Positions 6,853 to 16,294 of a DNA stretch of 16,712 nucleotides are shown piece after piece. The position numbers and the translations under genes were made by a program. Numbering within the stretch: the first letter of the stretch is position 1; the number at the start of each line of letters is the position of its first letter. The DNA lies in assembly GCA_047631715.1 (NCBI GenBank), contig JBLICC010000020.1, positions 1-16,712 on the forward strand, in the 5' to 3' direction. The notes under the pieces were generated by a model. That model was not told the origin of the DNA. It ran no database searches and saw only the letters and a program-made list of their open reading frames with translations. The stretch is from Alteromonas naphthalenivorans (lineage in GTDB: Bacteria > Babelota > Babeliae > Babelales > CAIQNR01).

Positions 6853-7581
6853 GTGCTAAAAATTAAAAATTTATCAGTTTCTATTGAAGATAAACAGCTT
6901 ATCAATAATCTATCTCTGACTATTGATGAGGGGACAGTTCATGCTTGTATGGGGCCTAATGGTTCGGGTAAAAGCTCGTTGACCTATGCATTAATGGGGC
7001 ACCCAAATTATAAAATCACTCAAGGATCTATTCTTTTAAACGATACAGACATTACCAGCCTAACACCTGACAAAAGAGCAAAAGCGGGCTTATTTTTAAG
7101 TTTACAGCAACCGTATGCTATTCCCGGTGTGGTATTGAGTACATTTTTGCGCGAGTCGTTTCGAGCACTGTATCCAGATGAATCTCTTGATACATATCTT
7201 GATCGTCTTTCTGATGCGTGTACTATTTTAAAATTTGAGCGTTCTTTTTTAGATAGAGCAGTGCATGAGGGATTTTCTGGTGGAGAAAAAAAGCGATGCG
7301 AAATGTTGCAACTTTTAATTCTTCAGCCAAAATTAGCCATTCTTGATGAAATTGATTCTGGTCTTGATGTTGATGCACTTAAATGTGTAGCTGCTGGATT
7401 ACAGGCTTTTAAAAAGCAAAGTCCACAATCTTCTATTTTCTTAATTACACATTATCAACGAATTTTAGATTATATTACGCCTGAAGTTGTTCATATTTTG
7501 CAAGATGGCCAATTAGTACAATCAGGGGATGCGTCATTGGTTACGCATATAGAGAAGCATGGGTATAAAGATTTTGAGTAA
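6853..7581 (+). CDS. sufC: Fe-S cluster assembly ATPase SufC
   Basis: Walker [26 protein letters not shown] signature, Walker [26 protein letters not shown]; adjacent to sufB. Confidence 0.97.
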   Translation: MLKIKNLSVSIEDKQLINNLSLTIDEGTVHACMGPNGSGKSSLTYALMGHPNYKITQGSILLNDTDITSLTPDKRAKAGLFLSLQQPYAIPGVVLSTFLRESFRALYPDESLDTYLDRLSDACTILKFERSFLDRAVHEGFSGGEKKRCEMLQLLILQPKLAILDEIDSGLDVDALKCVAAGLQAFKKQSPQSSIFLITHYQRILDYITPEVVHILQDGQLVQSGDASLVTHIEKHGYKDFE

Positions 7582-8911
7582 AAAAAAATCATTTGGATTA
7601 AGCAAAGACGTTGTCTTGCGTATATCTCAAGAAAAAAATGAACCACAATGGATGATAGACTTTCGTTTACGTGCACTCGATATTTTTGAACAAAAGCCTA
7701 TGCCTAGCTGGGGTGCAGATCTAAGTGAACTTAATCATCATGATATTCAGTACTATGTAAAACCTACAGACAAGCAAGAAACATCTTGGGATAAAGTTCC
7801 TGATAAAATTAAAAAAACATTCGAAGCTCTTGGTGTTCCACAGGCTGAGCGTTCTTTCTTGGCAGGAGTAGGCGCACAGTTTGAATCAGAAATTGTATAT
7901 CAAAATTTACAGCAGCAATGGAAAGATAAAGGCGTTATTTTTTGTGATATAGAAACGGCATTACGTGAGCATCCTGAATTAGTTAAAAAATATTTTGCTA
8001 CCATTATTCCTGCGCATGATAATAAATTTGCAGCACTTAATTCTGCGGTATGGAGTGGTGGAAGCTTTGTATATGTTCCTACCGGAGTACGTATTGATAT
8101 GCCGTTACAAGCATATTTTAGAATTGATGAGCAACGAATGGGGCAGTTCGAGCGAACACTTATTATTGCTGAGCCTGGTAGCTATGTACATTATGTAGAA
8201 GGGTGTAGTGCGCCGGTTTATCGGTCAAGTTCTTTGCATAGTGCGGTGGTAGAAGTTATTGCACTCGAAGGTGCACATGTTCGTTATACTACTATCCAAA
8301 ACTGGTCTTCTAATGTGTACAATTTGGTAACAAAGCGTTCGGTTGCACATAAAAATGCAACGGTTGAATGGGTTGATGGAAACTTTGGAAGCAAAGTAAC
8401 CATGAAGTATCCGTGCATTATTTTAAAAGGTGAGGGTGCAAAAGGGCAGATAATTTCAATTGCATCTGCAGGTGCAGGTCAGCATCAAGAAACGGGAGCA
8501 AAAATTATTCATTTAGCTCCAAATACAACTTCTAATGTAATATCGAAATCAATAAGTAAAAATGGCGGTCGCACAAGCTATCGCGGTCTATTAAAAGTTA
8601 TTAAAGGTGCTCATAATGTGACTGCGCGAGTGCAATGCGATGCATTGTTGCTTGATGATAAATCCAGAACCGATACCTACCCAACAGTGCAAGTGCACGA
8701 AGAACGAACCGATGTGGGGCACGAGGCGTCGGTAAGTAAGATTAATGAAGAACAATTGTTCTATGCAATGAGCCGAGGGCTTTCTGAGCAACAAGCTCGC
8801 ACTATGATTGTTAATGGATTTATTGATGTATTTGTAAAAGAGCTTCCTATGGAGTATGCCATTGAGATTAATCGTTTAATTGCGCACGAGATGGAGGGGT
8901 CCATTGGATAA
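7559..8911 (+). CDS. sufB: Fe-S cluster assembly scaffold SufB (start ATG 7559 or TTG 7574)
   Basis: [68 protein letters not shown]-terminal EGSIG. Confidence 0.98.
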   Translation: MGIKILSKKKSFGLSKDVVLRISQEKNEPQWMIDFRLRALDIFEQKPMPSWGADLSELNHHDIQYYVKPTDKQETSWDKVPDKIKKTFEALGVPQAERSFLAGVGAQFESEIVYQNLQQQWKDKGVIFCDIETALREHPELVKKYFATIIPAHDNKFAALNSAVWSGGSFVYVPTGVRIDMPLQAYFRIDEQRMGQFERTLIIAEPGSYVHYVEGCSAPVYRSSSLHSAVVEVIALEGAHVRYTTIQNWSSNVYNLVTKRSVAHKNATVEWVDGNFGSKVTMKYPCIILKGEGAKGQIISIASAGAGQHQETGAKIIHLAPNTTSNVISKSISKNGGRTSYRGLLKVIKGAHNVTARVQCDALLLDDKSRTDTYPTVQVHEERTDVGHEASVSKINEEQLFYAMSRGLSEQQARTMIVNGFIDVFVKELPMEYAIEINRLIAHEMEGSIG

Positions 8912-9566
8912 GCAAGTATTGCCATCTTCGGGTAGCATAAATATTACGGTTAAGGAAAATACAAAAATAAAACTTTATGAACCTGAGCAGGGTGCAAATT
9001 TAGAAGTTATTGTGCATATACACAAAGGCGCACAGGTTGAGTATATTACGGGCTCTATGCAAAATATTAATTTGCATATAACACTTGATGAGTACGCATT
9101 ATTTACGCAAAAATTTTCGAGTAATAAAGTAGAGAATCGTAAACAGGTATTTATATTATCGGGACAAAAGAGTCAGGTAGATGTTTCTGGTTCTTATTTG
9201 TTAGATGCTGGTATTGGCATGTTTGATGTTGTGCAGTTGCATAGTGCTCCAAGAGCAACGAGTACTGTTGAGGTTAAAACGGTGCTTGATGGTAAAGCAC
9301 AATTTGAGTATCGGGGTAACATTAAGATTGAGCAATCTGCACCTGGCTCAAGTGCGCATCAAGAAAATAAAAATTTAGTGGTAAGTTCACAAGCTAAAGC
9401 ACTTTCCATCCCAAGTTTGGAAGCGCTCAATGATGATGTGCAATGTGGGCATGGAAGTGCTGTTTCTTATATTAATCAAGAGCATCTTTTCTATTTATCT
9501 TCTCGTGGCATTGAGTATGCTATTGCAAAAAAGATAATTATTAAAGGATTTCTTGAAGATTTTTAG
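8904..9566 (+). CDS. sufD: Short SufD-like protein (about 220 aa)
   Basis: C-terminal SufD motifs [33 protein letters not shown]...A...II.GF. TTG 8904 is preferred because GGAGG lies at 8893-8897. Confidence 0.88.
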   Translation: MDKQVLPSSGSINITVKENTKIKLYEPEQGANLEVIVHIHKGAQVEYITGSMQNINLHITLDEYALFTQKFSSNKVENRKQVFILSGQKSQVDVSGSYLLDAGIGMFDVVQLHSAPRATSTVEVKTVLDGKAQFEYRGNIKIEQSAPGSSAHQENKNLVVSSQAKALSIPSLEALNDDVQCGHGSAVSYINQEHLFYLSSRGIEYAIAKKIIIKGFLEDF

Positions 9567-9570
9567 GTGC

Positions 9571-9622
9571 AAAAATAATAGTTCCATTATTTTTAATTAT
9601 GGTTTGTAGATGATTAACCATA
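9571..9622. terminator. Two AT-rich hairpins between convergent genes (possible terminators)
   Basis: AAAAATAAT/ATTATTTTT (9571-9594) and TATGGTT/AACCATA (9598-9622) in the 84-bp gap between converging stops. Confidence 0.35.
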
Positions 9623-9650
9623 TCTAGTGCATTCTGCTGTTTTTATGATA

Positions 9651-12600
9651 TTAAAATGAGTTGTGTTCAGATAAGAAAAATTTTTTATTTTTAGTCAGAT
9701 CCATAACCACATCGAGATTGTGTATGCGTTTTTTCCAGGATTCAATAAGATAGGATTCTGGAGGATTTGTTTCTAAACTATCTTTGATTGTCTTACAAAC
9801 TTTTTTTGCTTGCTTAAATAATCTTTTTTTATGTTCTTTTTCCAGCTGAGGATAAGAAAAACAGGCTGTTTGTAATAATGATAATAATGATATGGCTAAA
9901 GATCGGTTGAATGGGTGTTGTTCTTGTATTGGATCAATGAGGCTATGAATAAAGGGTGTAATATCAAGATCTTTTTGACCGGTAAAATCATGCCATTCTT
10001 CTGCAGATGGTAGTGTGTTTAACACAGGTAGAGAAAACAATGTATCATTAAATGTTCGATTAAAAACAGCAATATTTCTACCATTGTCTTTAAGCAATTG
10101 TAAATAATCGTAGATAGTTATTAAAGTTTGTATAGAGATTGCAGTAATACCTTTAGTTAGTATTTCTTGTCTAATTCTTACTAAATAAGAAGGCATCATT
10201 TGAGCTATTATTTGATAAGATAATGAATCAGGAGCTAAATTACATGATTTTAATATTTCAATTCTAGGTAATCTTTGGCATTGTGCACCAGGATAGCATA
10301 ATTTTTGTTCTATAAGTGCATAACAATTGCCTGCAAATTGGGTAACATTAGAATTTGGTATTTGAGTAGCAAAAATAGCAGCGGTTTGTTGTATAAAAAG
10401 ATCTTCTTCTGTTGTTATTCTTTCTTGACTCGGAGGTTCTTGATTTACTGATTCTAGGTCATTAACAAAGAGTTGTATGTCTTTTGGTAGATTAGAAAAA
10501 TCAGAGTCAAAAGCAAAATTCATCAAATCAAGAAAGGTTCCTGGATATGCAGATACTGTACTACTGATTAAAGAAGAAGTGTTCCAAAGTTTTTTGCACC
10601 GTGGTAATTGAAGTGTAAGTATTTCTTTAAGGTTTTGTTTTTCTTTGTCTGTGTAAGATTCAAAAGTTATAATGCCTTGTGTGAAAGCGTTATAAATATA
10701 ATTCAATTGTTGATGATGAAGTGCCAAATTTACAGAAAGTTTAGCAAAAGCAGTATTCTGTTTTCCTATTTTCATAAAGAGCGTATGTGCTTCATCAATT
10801 TCTTTAGGTGTACCTTTTTGAAGACAACAAGCAAGTACAATAGCGCATTCTTCACTTATTACTTCTGTGTTAAAAAGTTCAATCGCTTTACGAGCATGTT
10901 CAATTGCTTTAGGTATGTTTTTTTTAACGCCAAGTCCTTCTCGATAGTGGCGAGCTAAGTCTTGATGTGTGAAAGGTTCATCCAAAGCATGTTGCTCCCA
11001 ATATTCGCGTGCTTTATTATGGCTACAGTGTGGGTTAATATGAGAATCAGTTTCTCTACATAATTCAACACTTTCTTGTGGATGCATACCTCTTGCAATT
11101 TGAGACCCTCTCCAATAATGCCCTATAGTCCCAGCAATTTCTAAAATATCCCAAGCGTCTTGAAAACGTTGTAACTTAATTTCTTTGGTATCACCTTTTT
11201 TCAAACTTCGTATTAAACACTTTGATTGACAAATAACTGAATCGATAGGAGAAAAGTTTTCTGATTTTTTTAAATACAATAAGGCATTGGTGTAATCTTC
11301 TTGTAAAATATAAAATTGACCTAATGCATGTGCAGCAGCAGGTAATATTGCTGGATAGTTACATGCTTTGAGTAAGTGTGCTTTTGCTGATTCAAAATCA
11401 CCTTGTCCATGTGCAGATACTCCTTGATACCATTCGTAAAATCCAGAATGAGAAACTTCTAAAGTTTTTTGTATATCTGGAAAATACTTTAACCAAGTAT
11501 TAATAAGAGAAAAATCAAAAACACGTGTGAAATTTTCTATAATTTTGGAATTAAGAATGTTTAATTGTTCTCTTATTTCTTGCAAAGAAAGTGACATTTT
11601 AAGATCATTGATTTTAGATAAATTAGAAGCATGTTCAATAACAAGGTGTAACCATTTTTCATTATTTTTATCTTCTTCAATAGCTTTTATGTCTTCTTTG
11701 ATTTGTATTATTGATTGTTCTATGTATGGTTCAAAATGTTGTGCTTGTAAAACATCGAATGCTGTTTGAGGATTGTGTTCTTTTATATAATGTCTTATTA
11801 ACCATTGTGTTGCTTTTTCAGCTGCTTCTGGAGATAAAGCCGTTGCTTTTGCTACAGTTTTCATAAGCATTACTTGTTCTTCTTTTTTTTCTTCAGTTTG
11901 AGGTGGCATTATTTCAGCAGACTTTAATTGAAGTATTGCTCTTTCTTCTAGGGGGGTATCTGGATGTATGCTGAGTTTTAATAGAAGAGTACTTTGTCTA
12001 TCAAGTGCTGCAGTTAAAGCTGATGGGTCAGTTTTACTTTCATTAATAATTTTTTCATCCCAATATTTACTTTCGACTTTTAGCATTTCTGCGGTCGGTG
12101 TTTTGCATTCAGCCCAGAGTATAAATGCTTCATCATGTTTATCTTGATCAATTAAAAGTTTGCCTAAAGCTTCGGTTCCTCGCGATTCTCCAAAATCATG
12201 TAATGACTGAGCTAACTTGATATACGTGTGTAATGTTGCACTTTTAATAGCAGGAGGTTTTTGTTCGTATGCTAATATTAATTCTAAAATATCAAGCTGT
12301 ATAAGATTGTCTTCAGTAGTATCTGTTTGAAACTGTATATGAGCAAGAGCATTTGGTTTTTTATATAATAGTTCCTTGAGTGCTTTTTGTTTTGTTTTTT
12401 CATTTGTCTCTTTTAGTGTTTTTCTGCTAAGAGCTATTAAATTGCGTGCTTTTTTGCGTATATTGTTTTGTTCTTGTAGTTGTAGGGCTGCCATATGTTC
12501 GACAGCAGTTTTAACAGAAAGAGCTTTATTGTATGTTTCTTGTTGCTTAAATTTTTTAGCTTCTTCTTCAAGTTCTTGAGGTGTCAGTTTATTGCTGTAT

Positions 12601-14798
12601 TCTTGTCTGTCACCTATTAGATTGCCTAATACGCTATCGAGACTTGTAGTGCAATTAATAAAAGCTGCTGATTCTTCTTCTCTTCTTTTTGCTTGTCGCA
12701 TCTGTTTTATTGTTTTTTTAGGTTGTGGTCTACTTGTGTTTGTTTGAGGTAAAAGTTTAGAAAAAGCTTCTGTATCTCGAGCGTCTTGATCTTTTTGTGT
12801 TTGTGTTTTTGCTGCTGCATTAGCTTTCTTTTTTTTACGTGCCAAGTTTGTGGTTTTTTGTTCACGATTTATTTTTGCTTTTTCTGCTTCTTTGCGAGTT
12901 TCTTCTTTTGTAGCTCGAGCTTCTGTAGTTTTTGCTTTCAAATCAAGATCGGTAACTTTTTGTTTAACTTGATCAGTTCTATATTCTCGCTCTTTAGCTT
13001 TTTCAGTTTCTTCTGCTATTCGTGCTATTTTTACTTGTTCAATATTGTCTTCTGTTGTTTTAATAATAGATGCATAATAAGAATCTTTGGTTCTCTCTAA
13101 TGTCTCAATACATTCGTGAGCAAGCACGATATCTAATAAAAGTTCTTTTGGGTGCAAAGCACAATGATATTGTGATTCTTCTTCGGGATTCATAAGATGT
13201 AAAAGATATTTTGCTGCAGTAGGATCGCTAGGGGTTTTTTCTAATAATGTACGCGCTGCTGCATGCTGGCATGGCTTGCCTTTAGCAACATTAGGACATG
13301 CACTCACATTTGCTTGGCGTAATACTTGTGCTTTTAAAATTAATTCTGCTTGTGCTATAAGAGCCCAATTCTCGTTTTTTACAAGTGTATTCGTAGCCCA
13401 TTCCCATCGTAGATGAGGTTTTGCATTAGCCATAGTAACAAGAGTTCTAAGTATTTCTTGTGGATTTGTATTATAAGTTTTTAAGAATTTAACTTGAGTA
13501 ATATATTCGGCTAATTGATTACTATCGGTTTCGCTTAAGCGTTGACCTGCTCTATTAAGGCATTGTGCTTTGGCTATAAGTACAGCAGGGTTAGTATGAT
13601 CTGCTTTTTCTAAATATCCGAGTGCTTGAGAATGCTTTTGAGTAGCTATGCAATTTTGTGCTTCTCCCCATGCTTGTTTTTGGACTTCTTTTTTTGCAGC
13701 AATTTTGTCTGATTTTGAAAGAGGTTTTTTTGTAGGCTCACTTGGTTTGGATTGTTCGATAAGTTCTTTAGGGTTAATAACTATTTCTTGAGCTAAAGTT
13801 TCTTGTTTTGGTTCTTGCTTAGGCTTTGATACTTCTTGAGGTTGCTCTTTTGTGGCTGCTTGTTTCTTTTTATTCTTTCTTTTGGATATAGACGTTTCTG
13901 GTATAGGTGTATCTTGAGGTTGTTCTTTTGATGTAGCAGATGCTGCAGGTTGCAAAGTTTTTTCTTGAGACTTATGACTCTTGTTTAAGAGTGTTTTTAG
14001 GTGCAACTGTTCTTCTGGTGGTGCAATTGTTTTGTCTGGTGAGGCAGTAGGTAGTAATGCTTTTCTTTGAGGCGCGGGAGACTGTGCTTTTTGAGCTCGT
14101 AATTGTTTTATTTCTTCTTGTTGTGCTGTAAGTTGGGCCGATTGTTCTTTTTGTAGTTTTATAAGTTCAGCCATTTGTAAAAGAAGCATTGCATTGGTAT
14201 CTGTTGCTTGTAAAGAAACAGGTGCTACAGGATCAGATACAGGTCTCATGTTTGGGACCATTGGTTGAGGGACGAATGGCATAGTGTGCGCAAAAGGCAT
14301 TTGAGATTGCGGTATAAAATGCTGAGGTATTCCATGGGGCATCATAGATTGTTCAAAGGGCGCTATGGAAACAAAGTTTTGCATAGGCATTGGCTGTGGA
14401 GGTAGCATTGGAAGTCTATAAATTGTTGTTTTAGTATCAGCGCTTTGCTCTTGTTGGTTAAATAAAGAGAGTGGGAATACTTTCGGTCGTTGTTGTTTTG
14501 TTTTAGAACTTACAACAGCTATACCGATTTCATCTTTTAAAAAGAGCTCATGATATGTTTTTGCAGTTGTAAGTTTGAGTGTTTCGGGTAATAAAGATGC
14601 CCCGGGGTAAAGCATGAAAGAGTTTCCTACGGAATTAATCATGTTTATGGGTGTAAGTGGTTGATGTTGAGTGTGTTGAATATTAGGAATATTAAACGTT
14701 GGGGCGCTTGGATTAAGAGCTTGTGTGTTATCTGCACTGTGTATAAAACAAGAATATGATAAAAATAATAACGAAATTAGTGATAATTGTTTCTTCAT
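9651..14798 (-). CDS. 1715-aa secreted hypothetical protein with low-complexity N-terminus, coiled coils and TPR/Sel1-like repeats
   Basis: Uninterrupted 5.1-kb ORF; AGGA SD 8 nt before ATG; signal peptide MKKQLSLISLLFLSYSCFIHSA; Sel1-like LARHYREGLGVKKNIPKAIEHARKA; TPR-like AAHALGQFYILQEDYTNALLYLKKS. Confidence 0.9.
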   Translation of the reverse strand: MKKQLSLISLLFLSYSCFIHSADNTQALNPSAPTFNIPNIQHTQHQPLTPINMINSVGNSFMLYPGASLLPETLKLTTAKTYHELFLKDEIGIAVVSSKTKQQRPKVFPLSLFNQQEQSADTKTTIYRLPMLPPQPMPMQNFVSIAPFEQSMMPHGIPQHFIPQSQMPFAHTMPFVPQPMVPNMRPVSDPVAPVSLQATDTNAMLLLQMAELIKLQKEQSAQLTAQQEEIKQLRAQKAQSPAPQRKALLPTASPDKTIAPPEEQLHLKTLLNKSHKSQEKTLQPAASATSKEQPQDTPIPETSISKRKNKKKQAATKEQPQEVSKPKQEPKQETLAQEIVINPKELIEQSKPSEPTKKPLSKSDKIAAKKEVQKQAWGEAQNCIATQKHSQALGYLEKADHTNPAVLIAKAQCLNRAGQRLSETDSNQLAEYITQVKFLKTYNTNPQEILRTLVTMANAKPHLRWEWATNTLVKNENWALIAQAELILKAQVLRQANVSACPNVAKGKPCQHAAARTLLEKTPSDPTAAKYLLHLMNPEEESQYHCALHPKELLLDIVLAHECIETLERTKDSYYASIIKTTEDNIEQVKIARIAEETEKAKEREYRTDQVKQKVTDLDLKAKTTEARATKEETRKEAEKAKINREQKTTNLARKKKKANAAAKTQTQKDQDARDTEAFSKLLPQTNTSRPQPKKTIKQMRQAKRREEESAAFINCTTSLDSVLGNLIGDRQEYSNKLTPQELEEEAKKFKQQETYNKALSVKTAVEHMAALQLQEQNNIRKKARNLIALSRKTLKETNEKTKQKALKELLYKKPNALAHIQFQTDTTEDNLIQLDILELILAYEQKPPAIKSATLHTYIKLAQSLHDFGESRGTEALGKLLIDQDKHDEAFILWAECKTPTAEMLKVESKYWDEKIINESKTDPSALTAALDRQSTLLLKLSIHPDTPLEERAILQLKSAEIMPPQTEEKKEEQVMLMKTVAKATALSPEAAEKATQWLIRHYIKEHNPQTAFDVLQAQHFEPYIEQSIIQIKEDIKAIEEDKNNEKWLHLVIEHASNLSKINDLKMSLSLQEIREQLNILNSKIIENFTRVFDFSLINTWLKYFPDIQKTLEVSHSGFYEWYQGVSAHGQGDFESAKAHLLKACNYPAILPAAAHALGQFYILQEDYTNALLYLKKSENFSPIDSVICQSKCLIRSLKKGDTKEIKLQRFQDAWDILEIAGTIGHYWRGSQIARGMHPQESVELCRETDSHINPHCSHNKAREYWEQHALDEPFTHQDLARHYREGLGVKKNIPKAIEHARKAIELFNTEVISEECAIVLACCLQKGTPKEIDEAHTLFMKIGKQNTAFAKLSVNLALHHQQLNYIYNAFTQGIITFESYTDKEKQNLKEILTLQLPRCKKLWNTSSLISSTVSAYPGTFLDLMNFAFDSDFSNLPKDIQLFVNDLESVNQEPPSQERITTEEDLFIQQTAAIFATQIPNSNVTQFAGNCYALIEQKLCYPGAQCQRLPRIEILKSCNLAPDSLSYQIIAQMMPSYLVRIRQEILTKGITAISIQTLITIYDYLQLLKDNGRNIAVFNRTFNDTLFSLPVLNTLPSAEEWHDFTGQKDLDITPFIHSLIDPIQEQHPFNRSLAISLLSLLQTACFSYPQLEKEHKKRLFKQAKKVCKTIKDSLETNPPESYLIESWKKRIHNLDVVMDLTKNKKFFLSEHNSF
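13834..13930. repeat. 19-bp direct repeat pair within giant gene
   Basis: TCTTGAGGTTGCTCTTTTG (13834-13852) and TCTTGAGGTTGTTCTTTTG (13912-13930), 1 mismatch, 78 bp apart; each copy encodes KEQPQ. Confidence 0.75.
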
Positions 14799-14954
14799 GA
14801 TTATGTTCCTAGTAATGTAAAATAAGATAAAGTTCGTTTACAGAGTAAAATATAACGATTATTTTTGCTAGCCTTAAAGTGCATATATTTTCTTTTTATT
14901 ATCCTTGATGAGAGCTTCTTTTGTTGAGCTTAAGCTCGGCTTAAATAGGGGCGA

Positions 14955-14982
14955 TTGACAAAAGTGGTGCAAAGTTTATCAT
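14955..14982 (+). promoter_or_regulatory. Putative sigma70 promoter of sufS
   Basis: TTGACA (14955-14960), 16 bp spacer, TATCAT (14977-14982). Confidence 0.6.
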
Positions 14983-15006
14983 TAATAATGTGAGTAGGAG
15001 GTTTTA

Positions 15007-15030
15007 ATGAAGGCAGTAAGAATCAGATAA
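15007..15030 (+). other. Candidate leader micro-ORF MKAVRIR*
   Basis: AGGAGGT SD at 14996-15002, ATG 15007, TAA 15028-15030. Confidence 0.4.
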
Positions 15031-15049
15031 GATGATTAGTGGAGGTTTT

Positions 15050-16261
15050 ATGCAAGATTTGCGAAAATATTTTCCTATTTTTTCTCAAAAACGAGAACAA
15101 CCGCTTATTTATTTTGATAATGCTGCAACTACTCAGAAACCCCAATCAGTTATAGATTCTATAAGTTGTTTTTATTCTACGGCTAATGCGAATATGAATC
15201 GTGGGCTTTATGCGCTTGGAGAAAAATCAACCGAGGCATATGAAAATGTTCGATTTAAAACAGCTCGTTTTATTAATGCTCAGTCTTCTTCAGAAGTTAT
15301 TTTTACTAGTGGGACAACTGATAGTATTAATACCGTAGTTTATAGCTGGGGAGAAAAAAATATTAAAGAGGGTGACGAAATTGTTATTTCTCAACTCGAA
15401 CATCATTCTAACTTTGTTCCTTGGCAGCAACTTGCGTTGCGCAAAAATGCAATTTTAAAAATTATTCCTGTAGATCGTAATGGCGTTCTTGATTTGTCTT
15501 CTTTAGATGATCTTATTACATCAAAAACAAAATTGGTTGCTATTGCCCATGTATCTAATGCATTGGGTACATATACTGATTTAAAAACAATTATTGCGTC
15601 TGCAAAAAAAGTAAAAGCACGAGTGCTTGTTGATGGTGCTCAAGCAGTGCCTTTTGAAGCAATAGACGTACAAAGTTTAGGATGTGATTTTTATGCATTC
15701 TCTGGACACAAAATGTTAGCGCCAACGGGTATGGGTGTTTTGTATATGGCACGTAATGTGCAAAAAGAATGTACTCCCCATAAAACAGGTGGTGGTATGG
15801 TGCATGAAGTAGATAATGTCTCGACAACTTTTTTATCTGCACCAACTTGCTTTGAAGCAGGAACTCCTCCTATTGCCCAAGTTATTGGTTTTGGGGCGGC
15901 ATTAAACTTTTTAGCACGTAATGATTTGAACGAAATTAATAAAAATTGTATTGCACTTAATAAGCAAGCAATTATTGGTTTGAAAAAATTAAAAAAAATT
16001 ACAATTCTTGGTCCTATTGATCAACTTAAAGAATCGTCTCATATGGTAAGTTTTATGGTTGAGGGTATGCATGCTCATGATGTTGCAGCGTATCTTGATC
16101 GATTTGGTATCTGTGTTCGCGCAGGTCATCATTGTGCCCAGCCGCTTGCAAAGCGTCTTGGTTACGAATCTTCTGTTCGTGCTTCTTTTTATCTGTATAA
16201 TACTTCCGAAGAGATAGTATATTTCTTAAAAGTTATGAAGCAACTTATAACTCCTGTTTAA
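15050..16261 (+). CDS. sufS: Cysteine desulfurase SufS (group II); alternative in-frame start 15032
   Basis: YFDNAATTQKP, EHHSNFVPWQ, DGAQ, SGHKM (PLP Lys), FEAGTP, RAGHHCAQPL (group II catalytic Cys), RASFYLYN; GGAGG at 15041-15045. Confidence 0.96.
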   Translation: MQDLRKYFPIFSQKREQPLIYFDNAATTQKPQSVIDSISCFYSTANANMNRGLYALGEKSTEAYENVRFKTARFINAQSSSEVIFTSGTTDSINTVVYSWGEKNIKEGDEIVISQLEHHSNFVPWQQLALRKNAILKIIPVDRNGVLDLSSLDDLITSKTKLVAIAHVSNALGTYTDLKTIIASAKKVKARVLVDGAQAVPFEAIDVQSLGCDFYAFSGHKMLAPTGMGVLYMARNVQKECTPHKTGGGMVHEVDNVSTTFLSAPTCFEAGTPPIAQVIGFGAALNFLARNDLNEINKNCIALNKQAIIGLKKLKKITILGPIDQLKESSHMVSFMVEGMHAHDVAAYLDRFGICVRAGHHCAQPLAKRLGYESSVRASFYLYNTSEEIVYFLKVMKQLITPV

Positions 16262-16285
16262 ATACTTTTTTTGTTAATTATCTCG

Positions 16286-16294
16286 TGGTACACT
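16286..16294 (+). promoter_or_regulatory. Putative extended -10 promoter for last ORF
   Basis: TG-G-TACACT 27 nt upstream of ATG 16322. Confidence 0.35.

Noticed and set aside
5652..8794. Short ORFs 5652-5930, 7491-7676, 7995-8198, 8591-8794
   Set aside because: Alternative-frame or antisense shadows of longer genes.
8880..8903. ORF-track start of sufD
   Set aside because: Lies before the GGAGG SD; TTG 8904 fits better.
10608..13100. Plus-strand ORFs inside the giant gene (10608-10958, 11527-11769, 12376-12579, 12786-13100)
   Set aside because: Their Phe/Cys/Ser-rich composition is the expected antisense of Lys/Glu/Gln-rich codons.
15591..15845. Minus-strand 84-aa ORF
   Set aside because: Antisense shadow within sufS.
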